A stretch of 63,848 bases of DNA, filler included, from Octopus bimaculoides (taxonomy: Eukaryota): assembly GCF_001194135.2 (NCBI RefSeq). It is 5 parts of 5 records of this genome, joined end to end, with 100 filler letters (N's around TTAATTAATTAA, not from the genome) between each part and the next. Parts side by side here need not be neighbours in the genome. Positions count along the whole stretch, not along the records: positions 47,375 to 60,704 come from NC_069003.1; positions 60,805 to 62,602 come from NC_068986.1; positions 62,703 to 63,848 come from NW_026363517.1; 2 more parts are not named here. One strand, given 5' to 3'. The translations under genes were made by a program, and so were the position numbers. Every line of letters starts with the position of its first letter. The first letter of the stretch is position 1. The notes below the pieces were generated by a model that saw only the letters and a program-made list of their open reading frames with translations, made no database searches and had not been told where the DNA came from. Of this stretch, positions 52,569-63,848 are shown one piece after another.

Positions 52569-53384
52569 CATATGCACATATATATACACGAATGTATGTA
52601 TTTAAACATACTCGTGCGTATGTATATTTTTGTTGTTGTCGTGTGTGTGTGTGTGTGTGTGTGTTAATACTTATTCTTTGTGTCTATATATAGATTTGAT
52701 TATATCTCTAAATAGATTCAGAAATAGATTGTATTGGCCAACATATATGTATGTATATATGTGTGTGTGTATGTATTTATGCATTTATGTGTGATTATGT
52801 GTAAAGATGCATATATATACATATATATACATAAATTATGACATATATATGTAGGTAGACAGGTATATATATATATATATATCATACAGAGTGGGAGAAG
52901 AAGAGGAATAAGGTTAAAGAGAATTGGAGACGGAGAAATAATCACGTGTGATGAGTGGGTGACTTAGGTTATGGTGGAAAAAAAAGAACCAAAATAAAAG
53001 ACAAAAAAAATGTCTTCCAACATTAAAATTCAATTCTCTGCTGAAAGTCTCTCAGACACAGGATGGAATATTGTTGAAGTGTTTAAATATAGATTGATCA
53101 AGCTAGTCTTATACAATACCTCCATCCGACTTAACGTGTCTGTTGGTACTTAGAGGGTCGTTAAACGTCATCCTGCTACGAATTTAAATTTCGGTAAGTT
53201 TTGTTCTATGTTTGGTGGAAATACTTCCTGATAATCACAAGGAAAGAATAGTTGAATTTGTCTTTGTGATTGATTATATACAAATTATTTAAGATATATA
53301 TTTGCAGTCTGTTTTCAGTTTATACTTTAAATCATATAAATTAACCGAGTCATCGTATTGTCTTTGGAACGACCTGTTGTTAAA

Positions 53385-53705
53385 TGTAAGCTGGCACTCC
53401 GTCGGTTGCGACGACGAGGGTTCTAGTTGACCCGATCAACAGAACAGCCTGCACGTGGAATTAACGTGAAAGTGGATGAGCACTCTACAGACATGTGTAC
53501 CCTTAAAGGAGTTCTCAGGGAGATTCAGCTTGACACAAAGTGTGACAAGGGTGGCCCTTTAAAATATAATTACTACTCATTTTTGCCAGCTGAGTGGACT
53601 AGAGGAACATAAAATAAAGTGTCTTGCTCAAAGACACGAAGCACCGCCAAGAATCGAACTGACGCACTTTTGATCATGAGCCGAACATCCTTACCAATGA
53701 GTCAG
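53385..53705 (-). mobile_element. Long tRNA-derived SINE (same family as 37941-38290)
   Basis: GCTGGCACTCCGTCGGTTGCGACGACGAGGGTTCTAGTTGACCCGATCAAC... Confidence 0.85.
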
Positions 53706-53744
53706 GTATAGTCTTAAATGCGCCTGAATTTCATGTGTGACTTC

Positions 53745-53860
53745 GCGGCCAATGTCCACCAACCATTGAGCCATATTTCGTCCCCTGAAAAGAGTGAATT
53801 TTCAAACTCTATTCAGCGTGGAAACAAATATGGCAGACTTCCGGCTCGTTCCAACTCACA
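53745..53860 (+). promoter_or_regulatory. Candidate core promoter (CCAAT, YY1-like, ETS)
   Basis: GGCCAATG 53747-53754, AAATATGGC 53826-53834, ACTTCCGG 53837-53844. Confidence 0.4.
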
Positions 53861-54464
53861 CTATTTTTGAAAATCAAAAATTATGAAACCGGTTCAGTAA
53901 ATGTAAATAGATTTTTGTAAAGTCACCAAGGGTATTTTCTACTTCGTTTTATACTTCTACCCATGTAAAAGGAATATATGTTACTGTTTTTGTTTGTGTT
54001 AGTCTCTATTCATGGACATGTTCGTATATGTATGTGTGTGGGGTATACCTCAGTGGTGGGTACTCGATTAGCCTAGTGGTTAAGCAAGTTGGTCCTCGAT
54101 CATAAGGTCATTGGTTCCTTTCCCACCAGCAGAAACATTGCCTCCTTAGACAAGATACTTAACTCTTGTTCACCATCATGTTAGCGCTGTAGTTNNNNNN
54201 NNNNCCTTTTCTCATCTGCTTCTTGTTAGCTCATCACGAGCCAAAAGCAGGTGAAGCTAATCATCCTTTATCTTTCCACGGAAGAAATTACATCAGTAGG
54301 TTTGTTTTGCAAATTTATCCAGTCTCAAGGCGAACACATATACATATATACGTGTGTTTGTGTGTGAATCTGTATGCATATATATATATCTACGTGTACA
54401 TACGCATGCGGAAATGTATGAACGTATGTGTATGTATGTAGGTGCGTGTATATGTCTATATTTA

Positions 54465-54522
<58 letters not shown>

Positions 54523-55705
54523 NNNNNNNNNNNNNNNNNNNNNNNNNNNNNNNNNNNNNNNNNNNNNNNNNNNNNNNNNNNNNNNNNNNNNNNNNNNNNN
54601 NNNNNNNNNNNNNNNNNNNNNNNNNNNNNNNNNNNNNNNNNNNNNNNNNNNNNNNNNNNNNNNNNNNNNNNNNNNNNNNNNNNNNNNNNNNNNNNNNNNN
54701 NNNNNNNNNNNNNNNNNNNNNNNNNNNNNNNNNNNNNNNNNNNNNNNNNNNNNNNNNNNNNNNNNNNNNNNNNNNNNNNNNNNNNNNNNNNNNNNNNNNN
54801 NNNNNNNNNNNNNNNNNNNNNNNNNNNNNNNNNNNNNNNNNNNNNNNNNNNNNNNNNNNNNNNNNNNNNNNNNNNNNNNNNNNNNNNNNNNNNNNNNNNN
54901 NNNNNNNNNNNNNNNNNNNNNNNNNNNNNNNNNNNNNNNNNNNNNNNNNNNNNNNNNNNNNNNNNNNNNNNNNNNNNNNNNNNNNNNNNNNNNNNNNNNN
55001 NNNNNNNNNNNNNNNNNNNNNNNNNNNNNNNNNNNNNNNNNNNNNNNNNNNNNNNNNNNNNNNNNNNNNNNNNNNNNNNNNNNNNNNNNNNNNNNNNNNN
55101 NNNNNNNNNNNNNNNNNNNNNNNNNNNNNNNNNNNNNNNNNNNNNNNNNNNNNNNNNNNNNNNNNNNNNNNNNNNNNNNNNNNNNNNNNNNNNNNNNNNN
55201 NNNNNNNNNNNNNNNNNNNNNNNNNNNNNNNNNNNNNNNNNNNNNNNNNNNNNNNNNNNNNNNNNNNNNNNNNNNNNNNNNNNNNNNNNNNNNNNNNNNN
55301 NNNNNNNNNNNNNNNNNNNNNNNNNNNNNNNNNNNNNNNNNNNNNNNNNNNNNNNNNNNNNNNNNNNNNNNNNNNNNNNNNNNNNNNNNNNNNNNNNNNN
55401 NNNNNNNNNNNNNNNNNNNNNNNNNNNNNNNNNNNNNNNNNNNNNNNNNNNNNNNNNNNNNNNNNNNNNNNNNNNNNNNNNNNNNNNNNNNNNNNNNNNN
55501 NNNNNNNNNGTCTAACTGATTACTTCATTTTATAAAACTTACGATGAGATGAAAGTCAAACTTATCTTGGTTATGGGGGGGGGGGGTTGAACGCAAGACG
55601 CAAAGGGCTGCAATTAAATTTATTACCACAAGGCATTCAAGCATTTCATCTGATGCTCCGTCGATTCTTCTAATCCAGTTTTTCATTGTATTCCAGAGTC
55701 AAAAT

Positions 55706-55840
55706 CCGGAATGTTGACTGCTTGTCTATATAACAACCGGAAGTACATGGCCTTGTCGCCGGATGTGAATAATAGATATTGGAGAGAACTCAATAAATCC
55801 GGAAACACTTCAAAAACCCGGATATTCTGTGAACGCGGAA
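55706..55840 (+). promoter_or_regulatory. Homotypic cluster of ETS-type CCGGA(A/T) sites
   Basis: CCGGA at 55706, 55737 (ACCGGAAGT), 55759 (CCGGATGT), 55799 and 55818, plus GCGGAA at 55835, all on one strand. Confidence 0.4.
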
Positions 55841-55899
55841 AGCAGTGTAGTAATGGCGTAGTTCCATTGGTTACAATTAACAGAGGAACACGAAAGGTT

Positions 55900-56128
55900 A
55901 ATACGACAACAACAGCAACAACAATAATGATGATGATGATAATAATTACAGTAATAATAGTAATTACATAAAGCAATAACAAGAAGCGTTAAATTAGCAG
56001 CAGCCGCAGCAGCAGCAACAACAGCAGGAATAACTGTGACGACAGAGAACAACAGTAACAGCGTTTGTAGAGACGGCAGTAGTAAAACACGCCGTTGTTA
56101 TTATCATTGTTGTTGTTGTTGTTGTTGT

Positions 56129-56160
<32 letters not shown>

Positions 56161-56490
56161 ATGTTTTTGTTGTTATTCACTTAACTGATTTAAAATATTA
56201 AAAGTGATAAATTAGGAAGAGGCGGAGGAGGAGGAGGAAGAAGAAGAAGAGATGATGATGATGATGAGGAGGAGGAGGAGAATGGCGATGACTACAACTC
56301 TGATGACGAGGATCGTCATCATCATAACGATGATGACGACGGCGGCAACAATGATTGTGATGATGATAGTGGTGACAGCGGTGGTGGTGGTGCTGGTATT
56401 TGTTTGGTTGTGGTGGTGGTGGTGGTGGTTGTCCTCGTCGTGATGCTGATAGCGATGATAATGATGATGATGATGATGATGACTATGATA
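55900..56490. repeat. Compound trinucleotide field (CAA, CAG, TTG, GAG, GAT, GGT)
   Basis: Direct reading. Confidence 0.85.
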
Positions 56491-57589
56491 AAGTCATCAA
56501 CTATTCTTAGTTGTCACCATTGAGCACCAACAGAGCCACTACGTCATCATTCGACAAGCTAGAAATAGCAGCCCCGTTTTTGCAAATCCTTCCTGAATGG
56601 ACATATTAGAGCCTAGATATCCCCTACAAAGACAACATGGTCACCACTAGAACCCCTCACCCAAAATTGCAGGCATTGTGTTGAAAAAAAAGAGGATTTT
56701 TAAGAACCTCTACACTGCTACTCGATCTGTTAAAAATAGCCCACCTAGATCATGACTCTTAACTGAGCTCTCTTGCCCTTTTTGAAATGCCACCCACAGG
56801 GTCATACAATCAAATACACGCTGCAAACTGTACACAATCACCACTTGACACACGGAAACACATAACACCAAATACACAACACAAACACCAAATACACAAA
56901 CGATGTCCTACAGTAAAAAAGAAAAACATAACAGAACTTACACAACTCCTACAAAACAAGATCTTCCCTACGCACAACATAATTCGCCTTCGCTTGCCTC
57001 ATACTTTTTACATCAAACGGATGAAACACGTAAGACAAGAGGCAAGAGACACAAGCATAGCATAGAAACCAGTTATGTATAACACAAACGCATTTCTACA
57101 TCTCTGAAGCAATGATACAGACAGCACACACTTGAGGAAGACGATGATGCACAGGGCGGTGTAGAAGAGAATGTAAAATCGTCATAAACAATGGCCTAGC
57201 ATGCCGAGACGAGAAATCGATGGCAGTGACTGTTGTAATGATTGACACCATGTGATTAACCTACATCCGTCTTGGGAAATTATTTCTTTGGTCTTCGCTG
57301 ATGACCTGGATTTGGTATTGTTAGTTGATTAATTAGTAGATACTACCGCCGACAACAACACAACGACAACAACAACAACACCACTAACGACTGCAATCAC
57401 GACGAAATACCACAACAACAATAATGAGGAGGAAACGAGTAAAAGAACATCTAGGTTAATAATGGCCGAACTTTTCTAAACATGGCGCGTCGAAATTTTT
57501 GTTTTTAGTTATGTTTCTTAAGTTAGCGTCACAAGTATAAACACATTTTAGTTTTAGGTAAATGTTTACAGATTAGCTTTTTATACGAG

Positions 57590-58080
57590 GCTGCATCGAT
57601 CAGAGGTTAAGGTCTTCGGTTCACGACCGGGTGTGCGTTCTGTCCTTGAGCAAGACACTTTATTTATCGTTATTCCAGGTCACGCAACTTGCAAAAGTGA
57701 GATGTACTTGAAATTCAAAGGAACATCCTCGTCCCATTCCGTATGTGCGCGATATGGTGATCTCATATCAAGATAAACAGCGTATGACCTTGCAGGTGAG
57801 GGCTCAGAATTTTCCTCAGTTCGAGTAGCCCATCCCGCTCAAAACGTCCTTGAATAAGGGTCGTTTAAAGATGTTGAACGAAACACCCGTTTTTTCCAGA
57901 GGTGAATTATCCAAACCGCAAAGAATTCCTTTCAACACTTGGCTATGATGCTCCCCTACTACTTCTGCTCGTGATCAGAGATGCACATATCGTCAGCCAC
58001 CAAGGGACATGCTCAAAAGGTTAAGGTCAAGCAAGTGACAAGCAAATGTGTGGTATTGACTAGAATATTTGCTGTATCCC
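57590..58080 (+). mobile_element. Long SINE of about 490 bp with decayed tRNA-like head
   Basis: GGTTCACGACCGGG..GTCCTTGAGCAAGACACTTTATTT body shared with family E heads. Confidence 0.75.
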
Positions 58081-58705
58081 ATCTTTTATACCAACTATTA
58101 TGAGGGCATTATTATTATTATTATTATTATTTATATTGTTGTCATTGAATATTGTTTTTTGATAGAATACAACGTGAACACAGACTCAGATGCTATTTAA
58201 AAAAAAAACAGATTAAATTGTTTACTTTGCGGCCATTGTTCATTTTTGTTCTTGTTTTTTTTTGTTCTTTTTGCCTATTTACTTTTTATCTTAATAATTC
58301 TCTTCGTGTTATTTGCGATTTTTTAACCGTTTTTTTTTGTTTCTGTTTTGTTGTTTAATTTTCGTCTTTAATGTTTTTTTGTTATTGCTGTTGTTCTTCG
58401 TGTTGTTTAACCTTTATTTTTTTTCTTTTGTTTCAGTCATTGGACTGCGGCCATGCTGGGGCACCCTCTTGGAAGGTTTAAGTCGAACAAATCGACCACC
58501 AATACATTTTTTAAAAGTCTGATGCATGTTCTATTAATCACTATCGGTCCATAGCACTAAGTTTCTTGTCTTAATGTTTTCAGTCCAAATTCCGCTGAGG
58601 TCGACTTTCCCTTTCAACATTTCCGGGTCGATAAAGTAAATACCAGTTGAGCACCCCAACACTAAATACTGGCTTTGCCCAAAAATTCGAAGCCAATATT
58701 TCTCG

Positions 58706-58925
58706 AAGGCAATGATGTCTGGTAGAATCGACAGTACGCCGAGCAAGATGCTTACAGGTATTTGATCCATTTTAACATTCCTCCGAGTTTAAATTTCTCC
58801 GAGTTCAACTTTGACTTTGATACTTTCGGGGTTCATAAAATAAGTACCAGTTGAATACTGGGGTCAATGGTGTCATCTAGCCTCCCGCATTAAATTTAAG
58901 GCCTTTTGCCTACAGTAGAAGAAAT
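58706..58925 (+). mobile_element. Degenerate family B SINE, preceded by another copy at about 58545-58680
   Basis: AAGGCAATGATGTCTGGTAGAATCGACAGTACGCCGAGCAAGATGCTTACAGGTATTT aligns with the family B head as seen in other copies. Confidence 0.7.
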
Positions 58926-59216
58926 TATTTAATGATAGATGAAACATTTTGTTGCTTTTTTTTTCTTTTTATTTCAACGGGTCAGGCAACAACATAGAGG
59001 TTGCGATAACTAATATCATTTATTGAATTATTTTTTTTGTAATTATTGCCGTTTATGTTGTCTGTGTTTCTATCCTTTGTACTCCTTGACATCTTCTCGA
59101 ACTTATTTGCAACAATTTTTTGTAAATATTTACTCTGTGTTTATTTGATGTAGTTTTCCTCCTCTGAAATTGTGGTATAGCGGACTGGAGAAATATTTAT
59201 CTGTTCATCAACACAG

Positions 59217-59278
59217 AACAATCTGATGAACTTTCATCGTTAACCAATCGGTCAACAAGTGCATCGCAGGAGAGGAGG
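59217..59278 (+). CDS. Candidate 62-nt coding exon ((E)QSDELSSLTNRSTSASQERR), phase 1 to 0
   Basis: TATTTATCTGTTCATCAACACAG acceptor, AGG|GTAAGT donor, open frame. Confidence 0.45.
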
Positions 59279-59535
59279 GTAAGTTTTAGATGGGTGTGAT
59301 GGGGGGCGCCACTACTGCGTACATAATCTGTATGTACGTGTGTGTATGACAAAAAAATGAGTACATGTGAACAAATGTGTGTGATTCTGAATCTGTTCGT
59401 CTGTCTACGTCTGTTCAAAACACACCTGATACATATACACATTTATACGTATACACACATATATATATATACATATATATACGAATATATATACATATAT
59501 ATATGTGTGTATATATATATATGTATATATGTATA

Positions 59536-59577
<42 letters not shown>

Positions 59578-59849
59578 NNNNNNNNNNATTATTGGACGCT
59601 CAGGAAAGGAAAGAGAGAGTGTATGACGTTTCGGGCGTACACATGTACATACATACCTGCACCTATGTATATATCTAGGAGTGTAAAAGGATATATGCAT
59701 GTATATGATTTAATATACACGTATGTATGTGTAAATATATATAAACGTATGTGCGTGTGTTTTGCGTATGTATTTGTGTAAGTCTTAATGTTTCTCTACA
59801 TCGTAAATAAAACGTATCTACAAATCTCTCTGTGAGCATCTCTCTCTCT

Positions 59850-59915
<66 letters not shown>

Positions 59916-60329
59916 NNNNNNNNNNNNNNNNNNNNNNNNNNNNNNNNNNNNNNNNNNNNNNNNNNNNNNNNNNNNNNNNNNNNNNNNNNNNNNNNNNNNN
60001 NNNNNNNNNNNNNNNNNNNNNNNNNNNNNNNNNNNNNNNNNNNNNNNNNNNNNNNNNNNNNNNNNNNNNNNNNNNNNNNNNNNNNNNNNNNNNNNNNNNN
60101 NNNNNNNNNNNNNNNNNNNNNNNNNNNNNNNNNNNNNNNNNNNNNNNNNNNNNNNNNNNNNNNNNNNNNNNNNNNNNNNNNNNNNNNNNNNNNNNNNNNN
60201 NNNNNNNNNNNNNNNNNNNNNNNNNNNNNNNNNNNNNNATGTATGTATGTATGCATGTATGTATGTATGCATGTATATATGTATGTATGTATGTATGTAT
60301 GCATGTATATATGTATGTATGTATGCATG

Positions 60330-60361
<32 letters not shown>

Positions 60362-60650
60362 CATGTATATATATATATGTATGTATGTATGCATGTATGT
60401 ATGTATGTATGTATGTATCTGACGAGGAACGGAGAAAAATAGAGTAAATCATGAGTGCAGATGCACAGTTGATTCTATTTGTGTGTTCAATAGATAATAC
60501 ATTAATTTCTGTGTGCGTTGCTATGTTTATCTATATGAAAGACAACAAGGGCGTAAGATATGTATGTGTATGTGCGTGTGTGTGTGTGTGTGTGTATGTG
60601 TGTGTGTAAGTATGTATGTAAGTATGTATATGTATATGTATATATGTGCA

Positions 60651-60704
<54 letters not shown>

Positions 60705-60804
60705 NNNNNNNNNNNNNNNNNNNNNNNNNNNNNNNNNNNNNNNNNNNNTTAATTAATTAANNNNNNNNNNNNNNNNNNNNNNNNNNNNNNNNNNNNNNNN
60801 NNNN
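60705..60804. other. Artificial scaffold-join spacer
   Basis: 44 N + TTAATTAATTAA + 44 N. Confidence 0.95.
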
Positions 60805-60875
60805 ATATGTGACATTAATAAAAATCTGTAAATGTACAAACATCCAGGTTTCTGAGTACCTTAATTAACATTTTT

Positions 60876-60914
<39 letters not shown>

Positions 60915-62602
60915 TATATATATGTGTGTGTGTGTGTGTGTGTATATATGTACATGCATATATATGGATATATATTTGTACATATATATATGTGTGTAAC
61001 ACGCACACACATATTTATAAGTTCAGCTGCCTATCAATCTGCCTGTATTTGCAGGTGAATATATATATCTCTCTTACTAACATATCTATCTTGTAGTCTA
61101 TATGTCTGTCACTCAAGTGCCATATCTAGTGTTTTAACAAAGGATTTCACACTAGTAAGAAGCCGGAGCTAATCTGACAATATCAACAGGTGAGCGTTAC
61201 GTTTTGAATCAGCTGTAATTACATATAGAATGAAATTATTGGATATTGGACTAATACATATGGATTTCCAACGAATATAATATTTTTAGAAAACTATATT
61301 TTACAAAAATACATTTTACAGAAAATATTTTACGTTTTTCATATTATAACTTTAAATGTCCATTAAAATAAACTTCACATATAACTTTTTAAATTCACTG
61401 AAATATATTTACCGTATTTTCTATCAAAATCAGTGTTTTCTTTGTTCTTTCAGCTTTCTCTACGAGCCTCCCCTATTCTCCCCATTTTCTCTTCAATTCC
61501 ATTTTTAATTTGTAATGTTTAGTATATTTAAATTCTATGTTGTAATGTAACATTTATCTCCAAAATTTTGAATAAAAATATGCTTAAAAATTTCTTTCTT
61601 TACCCGCAGTTTTATTCTTCATTATCTCTACTCGTAGATTATTCATCTTAATTCAGAATGCTTTTCTACTTTATACACTTTTACACTCATATATAGCGAC
61701 CTCCCAAATGTTTTTCACAAGAATTGTTAGATACAGGCGGATAAAAAGACATAAATACGCTCTCCCTCTTGGAAATTTCAAAATCTTGTTCAGCTTCCAT
61801 GTTGCCCCTTCTTACAAGGCGATGTTGTGTATAAACAGATATTACCTAATCAATAACTAGACCCCATAGAGCAGAAATAAGCAAATTGGGTTATAGATCA
61901 TGGTGCTAGCTTTATTTATGACTGGTCTATAAGCATTTGGTCTATGCTGATGATTGGAAAAAGAAATATGGTACGCCTTCTTTGATGAGCAGTTAACCGG
62001 CCATATCACTCCCCCCCACACATTACTAACATAAAAAGAATGTGTTTACATTGTAATTTAACCTACAGTGTGGCTGTGTTATATATATATATATATATAT
62101 ATATATGAATGTGTGCGTGTTTGTGTGTGTGTGTGTGTGTGTGAACAAAGAGGGGGAGAAGAAAGTGTGTGTGTAAGAGAGATAATATAGAAATGAAAAT
62201 GTATTGTTTAATATTAGGTACATCGTCCACTCTTCAAGCATTCGTGAAACTAAAAATAATATAAATTAAAATGGGTAACATAATATATGTCTATATATGT
62301 ATATGTGTGGCTGTGCATATACATATATTGACCCAAATATTCTCTATGAAGAAAACACTTAGTGGAGCTTAAACGATTTGAACTCACATCCCGAAACCTT
62401 TACCAAGGACCAAGTCTGCAGGGTAGAAAATGGCTATTCAGTGTTTATTTGCTTCTATTACTGCTTGCATATTCTGTTGAATTACATTTGTCAACATTAT
62501 GATGTAACTCTGAGCCCCCAGAAACAGCTGTCAGACTATTTTTCTGACTCTTTGTACTCTGCGTAAGTATGCTGTATTAATATATATATATATATATATA
62601 TA

Positions 62603-62702
62603 NNNNNNNNNNNNNNNNNNNNNNNNNNNNNNNNNNNNNNNNNNNNTTAATTAATTAANNNNNNNNNNNNNNNNNNNNNNNNNNNNNNNNNNNNNNNNNN
62701 NN
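62603..62702. other. Artificial scaffold-join spacer
   Basis: 44 N + TTAATTAATTAA + 44 N. Confidence 0.95.
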
Positions 62703-63039
62703 AGCCCAAGGTTCCGTGCAGTGGGGACACTCCTGTATATATGTATATTTATATATATATGTATGTGTGTTTGTGTGTATCTCAATTCTTTAACATTCAT
62801 GTATATGTGTGTGTGTATGTACAGGAATGTTAAGGACGTGGACGATAACCAACTCACCTGTTTTATGAACCCCTTATTAATATAGCAACATCATAATTCT
62901 TCTTTACCAGTTTTGATCTGCTAATTATATGTTCACTCTTGTTCTACTCCCCTGAAACGTACTATATTGAGAGATAAATATAGATTAGGCTGAAACAGTC
63001 TGTTTATGACATCTTAATAGATTTGTAGTAACGCCTTGT

Positions 63040-63230
63040 CTTGTGCGCATGCGTAGTCATCAATATCCAAGTTTGGCACCCTGATTCTTTCTCTTTCTTG
63101 GTCGGCCGGCCATGAGCATGGTCGTGTTAAGCTGTCTCTCCAGCATTCCAACTCTGGGGACAGCTCACAACAACATTCCGGCGTCTCAGCAACCATGCTC
63201 TCTCACAGAAGTCGTCTCAGCAACCAAGAT
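63040..63230. promoter_or_regulatory. Promoter-like CpG-rich island (NRF1-type palindrome, ETS, duplicated X-box-like motif)
   Basis: TGCGCATGCG 63044-63053, TTCCGG 63176-63181, CGTCTCAGCAACCA at 63182-63195 and 63213-63226. Confidence 0.45.
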
Positions 63231-63555
63231 TAAGGCTGCCTATTTTCCTCCATAAATAAATATTGTTGTGTTGATAGTTCAGAGTTCTGCGTTTCGTTGT
63301 GTTTATTCTGAATTTAATATAGAAAAGCAGGTGTACACCTAATGGTGTATAACCACTTTCCTATAGATTTATCATGTTCCTAACACATATCCATAGCAAG
63401 TTATGGAGGGACCATACAGAACGTTGACTATACTAACAAACATCAAATGTACATGATCAGGTTGATCGAGTACCCAGTAGAAGACAGCAATGACACATTG
63501 ATATCCACCCTAATTTTCATGTACATTTTCAATTTCTATTTTTACTTCCACAAAG

Positions 63556-63765
63556 GATTCAGTGAAACTGGATATTGAGAACCATAAGAAAATGACACCA
63601 TTACTGGAAGCTGTCTCCAGCGCCCACCTCGGAATAATCCATAAACTGATTACACATGGAGCAAACATACATGTTGTCAACAATGATGGCAATAATTGTT
63701 TGCACCTTGGTGTAAGGGAGAAGATGTTTCATTCTGAGGTGGAACACATTCAGATTTTAGATGAG
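63556..63765 (+). CDS. Internal exon of an ankyrin-repeat protein gene (70 aa, phase 0-0)
   Basis: TTTACTTCCACAAAG acceptor, GAG|GTAAGT donor; DSVKLDIENHKKMTPLLEAVSSAHLGIIHKLITHGANIHVVNNDGNNCLHLGVREKMFHSEVEHIQILDE contains one full ankyrin repeat (TPL..A...H..I...LI..GA) and the start of the next (GNNCLHL). Confidence 0.88.
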
Positions 63766-63848
63766 GTAAGTTTTTAAAACTGTTTGTGAATGTGTGTGTG
63801 TGTGTGTGTGGTTGGCATTAGGAAGGGCATCCAACCGTAGAAACCATA

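Noticed and set aside
57280-57330. ISLVFADDLDLV as an RT motif
   Set aside because: Too short, no flanking RT motifs in any frame; may be chance.
60419-60450. CTGACGAG as a hammerhead core
   Set aside because: No stem II or properly placed GAAA follows.
62378-62566. Exon candidate ending at GC|GTAAGT, including a signal-peptide-like frame with TGA read as selenocysteine
   Set aside because: Acceptor ambiguous, phase incompatible with the ankyrin exon, two TGAs and no SECIS evidence.
63014-63196. 60-aa minus ORF MVAETPECCC...
   Set aside because: Overlaps the promoter-like motifs, no domain; better explained as a by-product of local GC richness.

Overview
AT-rich eukaryotic genomic DNA saturated with microsatellites and tRNA-derived SINEs, with many N gaps. 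The repeat families and texture suggest an octopus (cephalopod) draft assembly; this is an inference, not a database result. The window is five pieces joined by artificial 100-bp spacers (44 N + TTAATTAATTAA + 44 N), so long-range linkage across 23.8, 47.3, 60.7 and 62.6 kb is not guaranteed. Most ORFs in the supplied track are artefacts of N runs or simple repeats. The only host coding sequence I clearly recognise is one ankyrin-repeat exon (63556-63765, +). There is also a well-formed ATG-bearing exon on the minus strand (11195-11337) and a few candidate microexons. Recognisable transposon remnants: three R4/Dong-clade LINE pieces ending in (AAT)n, RTE, CR1 and Jockey/I-like LINE fragments, two Penelope-like fragments (GIY-YIG and RT), a Gypsy integrase with its 3' LTR, a related solo LTR, Tc1/mariner and hAT remnants, and two long foldback elements. 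The most interesting unexplained signal is a set of short inverted-repeat elements (4.6, 25.7 and, more weakly, 37.4 kb) whose arms fold into degenerate minimal type I hammerhead ribozymes; none has an intact catalytic core. Also notable are apparently interleaved sense and antisense exons at 6.8-11.9 kb and a chain of promoter-like motif islands at 51.5-63.2 kb.
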